Shown piece after piece: positions 45,294 through 53,877 of a stretch of 64,000 nucleotides of DNA. A model generated the notes under the pieces. The model made no database searches. It saw only the letters and a program-made list of their open reading frames with translations, and had not been told where the DNA came from. Positions within the stretch are counted from its first letter, which is position 1, and the number at the start of each line of letters is the position of its first letter. Source of the DNA: Dehalococcoidia bacterium (GTDB taxonomy: Bacteria; Chloroflexota; Dehalococcoidia; Tepidiformales; Tepidiformaceae); contig JAJDUR010000078.1 of assembly GCA_022826585.1 (NCBI GenBank), positions 16,583-80,582 on the forward strand, read 5' to 3'. Made by a program: the position numbers and the translations under genes.

Positions 45294-47009
45294 ATGACGG
45301 ACACGAAGGAATCGGAAGCGACGCAACCCAGCCTCTTCTCGGATGAGGCGCTGGCGCAGCTGTCGCGCGTGGTGCACGGCTGGGAGGAGGGGCCGCTGGC
45401 GAAGGCGCTGCAGCGCTCGCCGGAGCGGGCGGACGGGTTCGCGACGAGCAGCCTCGACGTCCACCGGCTCTACACGCCGCTCGACATCGCCGACCTCGAC
45501 TACGAGCGCGACCTCGGCTTCCCCGGCGAGTATCCGTTCACGCGCGGCGTGCAGCCAACGATGTACCGCGGACGGCTGTGGACGATGCGGCAGTACGCCG
45601 GTTTCGGCACGGCGGAGGAGTCGAACCAGAAGTTCCGGTACCTGCTGAGCCAGGGGCAGACGGGCCTCTCCGTCGCATTCGACCTGCCGAGCCAGCTCGG
45701 CTACGACTCCGACGACCCCATGGCGATTGCGGAAGTCGGGCAGGTGGGGGTCGCGATCGATTCGCTGTACGACATGGAGACGCTGTTCGCGGAGATCCCG
45801 CTGGACAAGGTGTCGACGAGCATGACGATCAACGCACCGGCGGCGGTGATGCTGGCGATGTACGTGGCGGCGGGGGAGAAGCAGGGCGTGCCCGCGGAGA
45901 AGCTGCGGGGCACGGTGCAGAACGACGTGCTGAAGGAGTACGTGGCGCGCGGCACCTACATCTTCCCACCGGGGCCGAGCGTGCGGCTGGCGGCGGACGT
46001 GATGGCGTTCTGCGCGAAGGACGTGCCGCTCTGGAACACGATCAGCGTGAGCGGCTACCACATCCGCGACGCGGGCTCGACGGCGGCGCAGGAGATCGGC
46101 TTCACCTTCGCGAACGCGTGCGCCTACATCGAGGCGGCGCTGGCGCGCGGGCTCGATATCGACGAGTTCGCGCCGCGCATCAGCTGGATCTTCAACACGC
46201 ACAACCACTTCTTCGAGGAGGTGGCGAAGTACCGGGCGCTGCGGCGCCTGTGGGCGCGGCTGTTGAAGGAGCGCTACGGGGCGAAGAACCCGCGCTCGAT
46301 GATGCTGCGCACGCACACGCAGACGGGCGGCAGCACGCTGATGGCGCAGCAGCCGGAGAACAACATCGTGCGGGCGGCCATCCAGACGATGGCGGCGGTA
46401 ACGGGCGGGGTGCAGAGCATCGCCCTGAGCTGCTTCGACGAGGCGCTCGCGCTGCCGACGGACGAGGCGCAGCGGATCGCGCTGCGAACGCAGCAGATCA
46501 TCGCGCACGAGACGGGCGCGGCCGACACGGTCGACCCGTTCGCGGGGAGCTACTACGTCGAGCACCTGACAAACGACCTGGAGCGGCAGGCGGTCGCGAT
46601 CATGGGGGAGGTGGAGAGCATGGGCGGGTCGGTGCCGGCTATCGAGAGCGGCTGGATGCAGAACCAGATCGCGGAGGCGAGCTGGAAGTACCAGCAGCGC
46701 GTCGACGACGGCGACGAGGTGGTCGTGGGGGTCAACGACTTCCAGGAGGGCGGCGACCAACCGCAGACCATCTTCAGCGTCGACCGGCGGCTGGTGGACG
46801 AGCAGCTTGCTCGGCTGGAGCACCACCGCCGGGAGCGCGACCCGGAGGCGGTCGCGAGCGCGATCGCCGGTCTGAAGGCGGCGTGCGAGGGCGACGCGAA
46901 CCTGCTCCCGCCCATCCTGGACGCGGTGCGCGCCTACGCGACGCTCGGCGAGATCTGCGGGGCAATGCGCGAGGTCTTCGGCGAGTACCGCCCGCCGACG
47001 GTCATCTAG
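45294..47009 (+). CDS. methylmalonyl-CoA / acyl-CoA mutase large (catalytic) subunit, without a B12-binding domain
   Basis: 571 aa with motifs FPGEYPFTRG, RQYAGFG, TGLSVAFDLPSQ, SGYHIRDAG and QTGGSTL. It ends before a cobalamin-binding domain. Confidence 0.95.
   Translation: MTDTKESEATQPSLFSDEALAQLSRVVHGWEEGPLAKALQRSPERADGFATSSLDVHRLYTPLDIADLDYERDLGFPGEYPFTRGVQPTMYRGRLWTMRQYAGFGTAEESNQKFRYLLSQGQTGLSVAFDLPSQLGYDSDDPMAIAEVGQVGVAIDSLYDMETLFAEIPLDKVSTSMTINAPAAVMLAMYVAAGEKQGVPAEKLRGTVQNDVLKEYVARGTYIFPPGPSVRLAADVMAFCAKDVPLWNTISVSGYHIRDAGSTAAQEIGFTFANACAYIEAALARGLDIDEFAPRISWIFNTHNHFFEEVAKYRALRRLWARLLKERYGAKNPRSMMLRTHTQTGGSTLMAQQPENNIVRAAIQTMAAVTGGVQSIALSCFDEALALPTDEAQRIALRTQQIIAHETGAADTVDPFAGSYYVEHLTNDLERQAVAIMGEVESMGGSVPAIESGWMQNQIAEASWKYQQRVDDGDEVVVGVNDFQEGGDQPQTIFSVDRRLVDEQLARLEHHRRERDPEAVASAIAGLKAACEGDANLLPPILDAVRAYATLGEICGAMREVFGEYRPPTVI
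46947..47009 (+). repeat. direct repeat copy 1 (functional 3' end of the mutase gene)
   Basis: 63 nt, 61/63 identical to 49724..49786 at an offset of 2777 bp. Both differences (46964 a/g and 46976 c/g) are synonymous. Confidence 0.95.
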
Positions 47010-49644
47010 GGTCCGACCCGGGGCCGTCGGGATTGCCGTAGTACAAGCGGTTGATCACGGGTTCGGCGAGGGCGGCCACCTCGGGGGAGGTGTTCGCGAC
47101 GAAGGCCTGCTTCACGTAGCAGACGCCTTTCTCTACGCCGGAGCACTCGATGGCATGCACATCGTCACGCAGTGCCAGGTAGAGGCGGCTGAAGCCCTGC
47201 CGAAAGGCCTTGTCCCCGACCGCCTGGTACAGCGCTACGAACAGGCTGCTCCCGAGGGTGTAGGCGCACCCAGAGCCACGGTAGACGTCATCGTCAGGCA
47301 TTCCCCTATCGATGTTCTCTCGCGCGAGCCGGTCGAGTTCGCCAAGGGTGTCGGCAATCGTGCAGGCCCCGAGGAGCTGGATCCCTGCAAGCCGATTGGC
47401 CATGAATTCGGCCGGCCCTTCCGCCAGCCAGGGCGGGTAGAAGGGCCAGTAGGTGTGCGCGACTTCATGGGTAATCAGGTGGAGGCTGTTCTCGTGGCCT
47501 GCAGGGATGGTGATGATGCCTCCGGGACCTCCCCCGGCGCCCACCCGGTCCACAACAGCCAGTCCAACAAAGGACCTGGGGAAGGGGGTACGCATGAAGG
47601 TGACCTGGTCCACGACCGCTTCTTCGAGCAGGTCAAGCGTTCCGCGCGCAGTGCCTTCACGAGAAATGACGGCCAACCTCACCTCGCCCAGTCCTGGAAT
47701 CGGCACGCTGCGCTCCCCAACGGAGAATGCGCCGGCTTCCAGAATCGCCAGGGCAGCGTTCGTGTCAAAGTCCGCGCCACCACCACGACCGACATCGTGC
47801 AAGACAGCCACGAGCGGCGCCTGCTCGTCGGTGACTCCTCCCTCCAGAGCGGGGTGGCCGAGGATGCTCTCCAGCGCCGACCCGCCCCCAGACCAGTGCA
47901 TGCCGACCAACGAACCCATCGCAGCGGCATCCGCTCCATCGATTACGCTCAGGAACGGCATTTGACTAATGCGAACGGCAATCTCGACATCCTGCTGCTG
48001 GGTTCGACCAGCGAGGCCTACCAACCACTCCAGAACCCCTTCTTCGTCCTGATTGACGCCATCATCCAGCCAACCCTTCCCAGCCAAGACCCGGAAGACT
48101 GGTTCCGCTTCCAGCGCAAGCCGCTGGATCAGAGTCGCAGGGCCTCGCTCTGCCACAGCTATCCCATCACCGAGCCATGGCAAACCCAGTAGCACAGCCG
48201 CGGCGTCCGGATCGGTGAACTTGAGGTATTGGCCCCTGAGCACGGGCACATCTTGCTGGGTAATGCCTCCCTCAGAGTAGTGGGACACCAGCTCTCGCAG
48301 ACCCGCGCGGTCGTACCATTTTAGCTCCTGCAGGAACTCCAGCGCAGCCAGGTCAGCCAGTTCGAACGTGTCAAGGAAAGGCATCTCCAGAATGTCATAA
48401 GCCAATTGTGCATCTGGACGTGAGATATTGTTGATTCTGTCTACCGCGTTGTACCTGTAGCCGTCTCGAGGGCCGTTCATCCACTCCTTCTGAACGAGAG
48501 CAAGGTACACACGAGGGGAGTGATAGTAGATGGAAACCAGGTCTCGCACGGTCCAGTATTCGAGATTTTCTGAAATGCGATATGAACCCACTCTTTCGCC
48601 TACAAACGCAGGGATACCGTCTTGAAACCAGTCCAGCTTTCGGAGGCCATCGGCTGCGCTCCTGTCCTTGAAGTCCAGGTAGGCGAGCCAAACATCGATG
48701 CTGGAGAGCGATGCCGCGTTGTCGTGTGATCCGAGCACTGAGAGGAAGTCCGACGCTCGGAACCGGTCTGCCACCACGAGCCAGTACAGTGCATCGACGA
48801 CGCGCACGTCCTCATGCTCCAGCGAGTCCAGAAAGGGAAGCGATGCGATCAGTGCCACCGCGCTGTGGTGAAAGGTCGCCATGAGGTCGAGGTCGGCCAG
48901 GATGAGAGCGCGGTGGTTTGGCAGATCCTCCTCGATCCACCCTCCGGACATGATTGCCGAAAGGGCCTCCGAACTGCGCTCGCCAATTTCGCGAAGCATG
49001 TCCACATGCGGGCGCTCGCTATCCTCCAGTCCGTCCCTGACCCAGGGGAGTTCCTGGATAGCTTCCAACTGTTCAGCACTGGCCGGCGTGGTGGGCTGCC
49101 CCCACCACCTACGAGCGGAGGCATTGAACCAGAACGCTCCGCCCCTGATCAGCGACGCGGGCTCTGCCCCTGTGCCATCCACGACAGAGGTGAGGGTGAG
49201 GTCTTGCAGCGCAGCCCTGGTGGGCGCCCCGTCTTCGCCGGTCCAGGCGACGAGGTTCCAACCCTCATACACGAACAGGAAGCCAGCGGCCTCTACCACG
49301 GGACGCGTCCAGGTAACGGTGCGCTCGCCACTCACGACGAGCAACAGGCCCATGCCGGGTTTGAGCACGTGCAGATTGCCAAGCACACCGGAGTCGGTGC
49401 GGGCAGCCCAGCGGAAACGCTGTCCCGGGGCGGACCAGGCGTAGACGACCTCAACCTCGGGTAACTGATCGAAGATGGCCTCAACGCCGGTCGTGGCCTC
49501 CGTCCAGCCAGCGAGGTTCAGGCCCGGCTGGAGTTCGGTCGTTACCGTGTCATCGGTCGCGAGCACGGGCTGCGGCGGTGTGGTCATCCCTGCGACCATC
49601 GCCAGAACGCAAGCGGCTGCGCAGACGAGCCAAACCCGAGACAT
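47002..49644 (-). CDS. secreted multi-repeat protein with a C-terminal HExxH (gluzincin-like) metallopeptidase motif
   Basis: 880 aa with a signal peptide (MSRVWLVCAAACVLAMVAG). Has duplicated N-terminal beta-type modules and recurring [LM]P[WF][LV]xD helical repeats. Carries HEVAHTYW...PWLAEGPAEF near residue 730. G+C is visibly lower than in the flanks. Confidence 0.75.
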   Translation of the reverse strand: MSRVWLVCAAACVLAMVAGMTTPPQPVLATDDTVTTELQPGLNLAGWTEATTGVEAIFDQLPEVEVVYAWSAPGQRFRWAARTDSGVLGNLHVLKPGMGLLLVVSGERTVTWTRPVVEAAGFLFVYEGWNLVAWTGEDGAPTRAALQDLTLTSVVDGTGAEPASLIRGGAFWFNASARRWWGQPTTPASAEQLEAIQELPWVRDGLEDSERPHVDMLREIGERSSEALSAIMSGGWIEEDLPNHRALILADLDLMATFHHSAVALIASLPFLDSLEHEDVRVVDALYWLVVADRFRASDFLSVLGSHDNAASLSSIDVWLAYLDFKDRSAADGLRKLDWFQDGIPAFVGERVGSYRISENLEYWTVRDLVSIYYHSPRVYLALVQKEWMNGPRDGYRYNAVDRINNISRPDAQLAYDILEMPFLDTFELADLAALEFLQELKWYDRAGLRELVSHYSEGGITQQDVPVLRGQYLKFTDPDAAAVLLGLPWLGDGIAVAERGPATLIQRLALEAEPVFRVLAGKGWLDDGVNQDEEGVLEWLVGLAGRTQQQDVEIAVRISQMPFLSVIDGADAAAMGSLVGMHWSGGGSALESILGHPALEGGVTDEQAPLVAVLHDVGRGGGADFDTNAALAILEAGAFSVGERSVPIPGLGEVRLAVISREGTARGTLDLLEEAVVDQVTFMRTPFPRSFVGLAVVDRVGAGGGPGGIITIPAGHENSLHLITHEVAHTYWPFYPPWLAEGPAEFMANRLAGIQLLGACTIADTLGELDRLARENIDRGMPDDDVYRGSGCAYTLGSSLFVALYQAVGDKAFRQGFSRLYLALRDDVHAIECSGVEKGVCYVKQAFVANTSPEVAALAEPVINRLYYGNPDGPGSDPR

Positions 49645-49723
49645 GGCGACGAGCCTAGCGCAAGGGCGGACGACTTACGCCCACCCCCCGGCGCCAACGC
49701 CACGGCGCGATGGAGCTTCGGCA

Positions 49724-49786
49724 GGCGAGATCTGCGGGGCGATGCGCGAGGTGTTCGGCGAGTACCGCCCGCCGACGGTCATCTAG
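49724..49786 (+). pseudogene. direct repeat copy 2: orphaned 3'-terminal fragment of the mutase gene (encodes GEICGAMREVFGEYRPPTVI*)
   Basis: Identical peptide and stop codon as the end of 45294..47009. There is no upstream mutase reading frame. It lies 46 nt upstream of the aminotransferase ATG. Confidence 0.85.
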
Positions 49787-49832
49787 CGCCTCCGGTACGC
49801 TGGCCCCAGCGAAACGGCGACGGGGGTCGGGT

Positions 49833-51143
49833 ATGACCGCGGACATGGGTGACTCCGAGGAGGAACTCCTCGAAGCGGCGCGACGGTTCAGCTTCGGCGG
49901 GCGCATGGACACGTCGGGTTCGGGACCGATCTTCGTGCGCGGGTCGGGTTCCGAGGTTGAGGACATCAAGGGGAAGCGCTACCTCGACTTCAACTCCGGG
50001 CAGATGTGCGCCTGGCTGGGGCACAACCACCCTGGGATCGTGCAGGCCGTGGCCAACGCCTGCGATCGGCTCATTCATGCCCACAGCAGCTACTACAACG
50101 ACCAGGAGATCCGGCTGGCGGAGCGGCTCGCGCAACTGCTCCCGGAGCCCCTGCGCAAGAGCCTGTTCCTGCAGTCGGGCGCCGACGCCAACGAGGCGGC
50201 AATCAACATCGCGCGGAAGTACACGGGCGGGTTCGAGGTGGCAAGCCCGCACGTGTCGTTCCACGGGATGTCGGATACCACGCGGGGCCTTACTTTCGCC
50301 GGGTGGCACCGCGGGTACGGTCCTCCCCTGCCGGGACTGATGGCAATGCTCGCTCCCTACTGCTACCGCTGTCCCATCGGGCTCAAGCCGGACTCGTGTG
50401 ACATCGCCTGCCTCGACGCCTCGTTCGAGCTGATCGACGCCCAGACCACGTCGCGTCCTGCGGCGGTGTTGACGGAACCGATCTTCTCCGCCGGGGGCGT
50501 CATCGAACCGCCCCCGGGCTGGCTGCCCGCGCTCAAGGCGCGGTGCGAGGAGCGGGGCATGCTGCTCATCCTCGACGAGGAGCAGACGGGGCTGGGCAAG
50601 ACGGGCGACACCTTCGCCTTCGAACGGGAAGGGGTCGTACCCGACATCCTCACCCTGGCGAAGCACTTCGGCGGGGGCATCACCCTGTCGTCGGTCAGCA
50701 CGTCGGCGGAGATCGAGGAGCGGGTGGTGGCGGACGAGTTCATCGTCACCCACTCGCACTCGAACGACCCGCTCGCCTGCGCCGCCGGGCGGGCGACGCT
50801 GGACGTGCTCGAAGGGGAGGGACTGGCGGGCGTCGCAAGGCGCATGGGAGGCCGCTTGAAGTCGAAGCTGCAGGAGCTGGCCGAGCGCTTCGAGATCATC
50901 GGGGACGTGCGGGGGAGGGGGTTGCTGCTGGGAGTCGAGCTGGTCCGCGATCGGGAGACGAAGGAGCCGGCGACGACCGAGGGCCGGGCCATCTCCCAGC
51001 GCTGCCTGGAGAACGGTCTCATTTTCAGCCTCAGGCGGGAGGGGTCCGTCCTGCGCTTTGTGCCCCCGGCGAGCACAACCGAAGACCAGATCGAGGAGGC
51101 AGCGGCGATCCTCGAGGAGGCCATCGCCGAAGCGTGCCGGTAG
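49833..51143 (+). CDS. class III (omega-type) PLP-dependent aminotransferase
   Basis: 436 aa counted from ATG 49833. Motifs LILDEEQTGLGKTG and PDILTLAKHFGGG (Lys for PLP). Confidence 0.9.
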   Translation: MTADMGDSEEELLEAARRFSFGGRMDTSGSGPIFVRGSGSEVEDIKGKRYLDFNSGQMCAWLGHNHPGIVQAVANACDRLIHAHSSYYNDQEIRLAERLAQLLPEPLRKSLFLQSGADANEAAINIARKYTGGFEVASPHVSFHGMSDTTRGLTFAGWHRGYGPPLPGLMAMLAPYCYRCPIGLKPDSCDIACLDASFELIDAQTTSRPAAVLTEPIFSAGGVIEPPPGWLPALKARCEERGMLLILDEEQTGLGKTGDTFAFEREGVVPDILTLAKHFGGGITLSSVSTSAEIEERVVADEFIVTHSHSNDPLACAAGRATLDVLEGEGLAGVARRMGGRLKSKLQELAERFEIIGDVRGRGLLLGVELVRDRETKEPATTEGRAISQRCLENGLIFSLRREGSVLRFVPPASTTEDQIEEAAAILEEAIAEACR

Positions 51144-51202
51144 GCCCGGCTTCCTTCCGCCGTCGGGTACGCTGGCACCAGCGCTATGGCGAGGAGGCAG
51201 GC

Positions 51203-51418
51203 ATGACCGCGGAACCGATCAGCTACTCGTGCACAAGGTGTTCAAACCCGTCGTTTACGACCGAAGACCTCTTCTTCGCGGGAAAGTGGGGGCGCTTCTT
51301 CGACATGCAGAGCAAGAAGTTCACCGCCGTCCAGTGCGACAACTGCGGGTACACGGAGTTCTACCGCCAGCAGAGCGGCAGGGGCGGGAACATCCTCGAC
51401 CTGCTCGTGAGCGGCTAG
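51203..51418 (+). CDS. zinc-ribbon domain protein (CxxC...CxxC)
   Basis: 71 aa with SCTRCSN...VQCDNCGYTEFY, preceded by GAGGAGG. Resembles the Zn-ribbon DUF2082-type family, from memory only. Confidence 0.65.
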   Translation: MTAEPISYSCTRCSNPSFTTEDLFFAGKWGRFFDMQSKKFTAVQCDNCGYTEFYRQQSGRGGNILDLLVSG

Positions 51419-51421
51419 CGA

Positions 51422-52606
51422 TCAGGTGACGCCGGACTCGCGCAGGGCCTCGATCTCGTCCCAGGAGTAGCCGAGCTCGGTGAGGTAGCGCTCGGTCGAG
51501 TCGCCGAGCTCCGGGGGCGGGGCGACCTCGGTCTGGGGTTCGCGTCCGAACTGGATGGGGCAGCCCACGACCAGCGCCTCCCCGAACGCAGCGTGGGGCA
51601 TGGCGGCGATGTAGCCGTTGGCGCGGGCCTGCGGGTCGGCGAGGATGTCGGCGTAGGTCTGGACGGGGCCGCAAAAGATGTCGCGGGCGCGGAAGCGCTC
51701 GACCCACTCGGCGGTCGAGCGAGCCCGGATCGCCTGCGCGAGATGCGGGTGGATGTCGGCCATGCCGACGGCGCGGGAGCGGTCGTCGGGATACTGCGCG
51801 GCGAGGTCGTCCAGGCCGAGCTCGTCGCAGAGGGCGGCGAACTTGTCGGTGGTGGCGCCGCCGATGACGAGCCAGCCGTCGGCAGTCTGGTAGGAACGCC
51901 AGACGGAACGGGAGGTGAGGAGGGGGTGGCCGAGGCCGGCGCGCGGCGCGGTCTCGCCGGAGAACGACTCGGTGTTGATCTCCCACGACTGGAGGGCGAT
52001 CTGGGAGCCGTAGAGGGAGACGTCGACCTGCTCGCCCTCGCCGGTGCGCTCGCGCTTGAGGAGGGCGGCGAGGATGCCGGAGCAGAGCATCATGGCGCCG
52101 ACCTGGTCGGCGATGGCGGCGCCGGTCGGGGTCGGGGGGCCGTCCTCGGGGCCGCTGCGGAGCATGATGCCGCCGGAGGCCTGCCCGATGATGTCGTTCC
52201 CGGGAACGGGGGTGCGGTCGCCGTGGGGGCCGAAGGCGGAGGCGGAGGCGTAGATGAGGCCGGGGTTGAGGGCAGAGAGGGTTTCGTAATCGAAGCCGAG
52301 GCGGTCCATGGCGCCGGGACGCATATTGCTGACGACGACGTCGACGCGTTCGACGAAGCGGTGGACGATCTCGCGGGCCTCGGGGCGGCGCACGTCGAGG
52401 GTGACGCTGTGCTTGCCGCGGTTGTGGGCGACGAAGTAGGAGGTGGGGGCGCTGCGGCGGCCGCCGACGCCGCGGCCGCGTTCGCCCTCGCGGTGTTCGA
52501 CCTTGATGACCTCGGCGCCCATGTCGGCGAGCAGCGTCGTCGCGTAGGGGCCCTGCTGGGCCCAGGTGAAATCGAGCACGCGGATGCCTTCGAGCGGACG
52601 TCCCAT
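51422..52606 (-). CDS. family III CoA-transferase (CaiB/BaiF)
   Basis: 394 aa with N-terminal RVLDFTWAQQGPYATTLLADMGAEVIKVE, typical of the family. Confidence 0.92.
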   Translation of the reverse strand: MGRPLEGIRVLDFTWAQQGPYATTLLADMGAEVIKVEHREGERGRGVGGRRSAPTSYFVAHNRGKHSVTLDVRRPEAREIVHRFVERVDVVVSNMRPGAMDRLGFDYETLSALNPGLIYASASAFGPHGDRTPVPGNDIIGQASGGIMLRSGPEDGPPTPTGAAIADQVGAMMLCSGILAALLKRERTGEGEQVDVSLYGSQIALQSWEINTESFSGETAPRAGLGHPLLTSRSVWRSYQTADGWLVIGGATTDKFAALCDELGLDDLAAQYPDDRSRAVGMADIHPHLAQAIRARSTAEWVERFRARDIFCGPVQTYADILADPQARANGYIAAMPHAAFGEALVVGCPIQFGREPQTEVAPPPELGDSTERYLTELGYSWDEIEALRESGVT

Positions 52607-52670
52607 GTGTCTCCCTCCGCAGTCGTGGGGAGCATGGCACAGGGGCGGGCGGAGGCGCGAGGGGCGTCCG

Positions 52671-53864
52671 TCAGACGACTCCGCCCCGCAGAGGCTCGCC
52701 GCGGCGGTAGGTGGCGCAGCGCCAGACCCACTCGAACGGCCCGTAGCGGAACCGCGAGAGCCAGGCCTGCGACCACGCCAGCTGGACGATCCAGATCGCG
52801 ACGATGAAAAGCAGGATCCAGCTGCGGTTCAGGTCGTCCGGCTCGAACAGCGTGCGGAGGACGATGACGCCGAGGATGGTCTGGGTGAGGTAGTTCGTCA
52901 GCGCCATCCTTCCGACGGCATGGATGCGGCGGTGGAGGGCCGTCTCGGGGCGCAGGTTCCAGAGGGCGATGATGCTGAGGTAGGCCAGGGCAAGGGGGAG
53001 GGTCGCAAGCGTGTTGGGGACGGACCCCGCGATGGCGACACCGGGGGAGAAGTCGGTCGCGGCCATCCACACGAAGCCTGCGATCGAGAGAGGTAGTCCG
53101 ACTCCGAGGCCCCAGACCACAACGCGCCGGTAGAATTTTGGCGATCGCCGGCCGGTTATGACGCCCGTGCGGTAGAGCCCGACGCCAATGAGCATCATGC
53201 CGAGGGCGCGCAGGAAGCCGTCGGCGAAGAACCAACCGACGACGCGTGCAGCGCCGAATTCTCCGAGGAAATTGTCTTCCGCAGCGTCGGGGGGCACCTC
53301 TGCTTCGGTCAGCCAGAACTGCCCGAGGTCAGCAGCGCTCTCGATGGTGGGCTGGACGACAAGCGCCAAAGCCACGGCGCCCAGAATGGCCAAGCCCCCG
53401 AGCACAAAGAGCATGGCTGCTCGAAGCCGGTGCAGGGCGATGAGGAAGACCGAGCAGATCGCGTAGAGGATGAGCACGTCGCCGTCCCATAGGGCGACGT
53501 GGAGGATGCCGATGCCGAGGAGGAGCAGGTTGCGCCAGAAGCTGAGCCAGCCGGCGCGCCGCCCCTTGTCGCGGGCGCGTTCGAAGAAGAGCACGATGCC
53601 GGCGCCGAACAGCATCGAGAAGAGCGCCATGAACTTCTGGTCGACGAATATCTCGCCGGCTCCGCCGATGACCCAGTCCAGCCAGGTGTCGATGCCACCG
53701 GCTCCGATATTCCAGTAGGCGGCCGGCTCCAGCCCGAAGGAGACCGCGTTCATGACGAGGATGCCAAGCACGGCGACGCCGCGGATGGCGTCGAGCGTGG
53801 TGATGCGATCGCCCGCCTGGGTGGGCGCAAGCTGTTCCGGTTGTGCGGAAGCGTCCTCGGTCAT
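52671..53864 (-). CDS. DUF418/YeiB-like polytopic membrane protein
   Basis: 397 aa counted from ATG 53864 (GGGAGG upstream). Has RITTLDAIRGVAVLGILVMN at the start and about 9 TM segments. Confidence 0.8.
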   Translation of the reverse strand: MTEDASAQPEQLAPTQAGDRITTLDAIRGVAVLGILVMNAVSFGLEPAAYWNIGAGGIDTWLDWVIGGAGEIFVDQKFMALFSMLFGAGIVLFFERARDKGRRAGWLSFWRNLLLLGIGILHVALWDGDVLILYAICSVFLIALHRLRAAMLFVLGGLAILGAVALALVVQPTIESAADLGQFWLTEAEVPPDAAEDNFLGEFGAARVVGWFFADGFLRALGMMLIGVGLYRTGVITGRRSPKFYRRVVVWGLGVGLPLSIAGFVWMAATDFSPGVAIAGSVPNTLATLPLALAYLSIIALWNLRPETALHRRIHAVGRMALTNYLTQTILGVIVLRTLFEPDDLNRSWILLFIVAIWIVQLAWSQAWLSRFRYGPFEWVWRCATYRRGEPLRGGVV

Positions 53865-53877
53865 GGAGAGCCTCCCG

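Noticed and set aside
45180-46826. 548-aa minus-strand ORF antisense to the mutase gene
   Set aside because: Arg/His/Leu-rich with no motifs. The mutase frame is strongly supported.
49475-49786. 103-aa plus-strand ORF ending in GEICGAMREVFGEYRPPTVI
   Set aside because: Only the last 20 codons are meaningful (the duplicated mutase 3' end). The rest is antisense to the N-terminus of the 880-aa gene. I treat it as a gene fragment, not a CDS.
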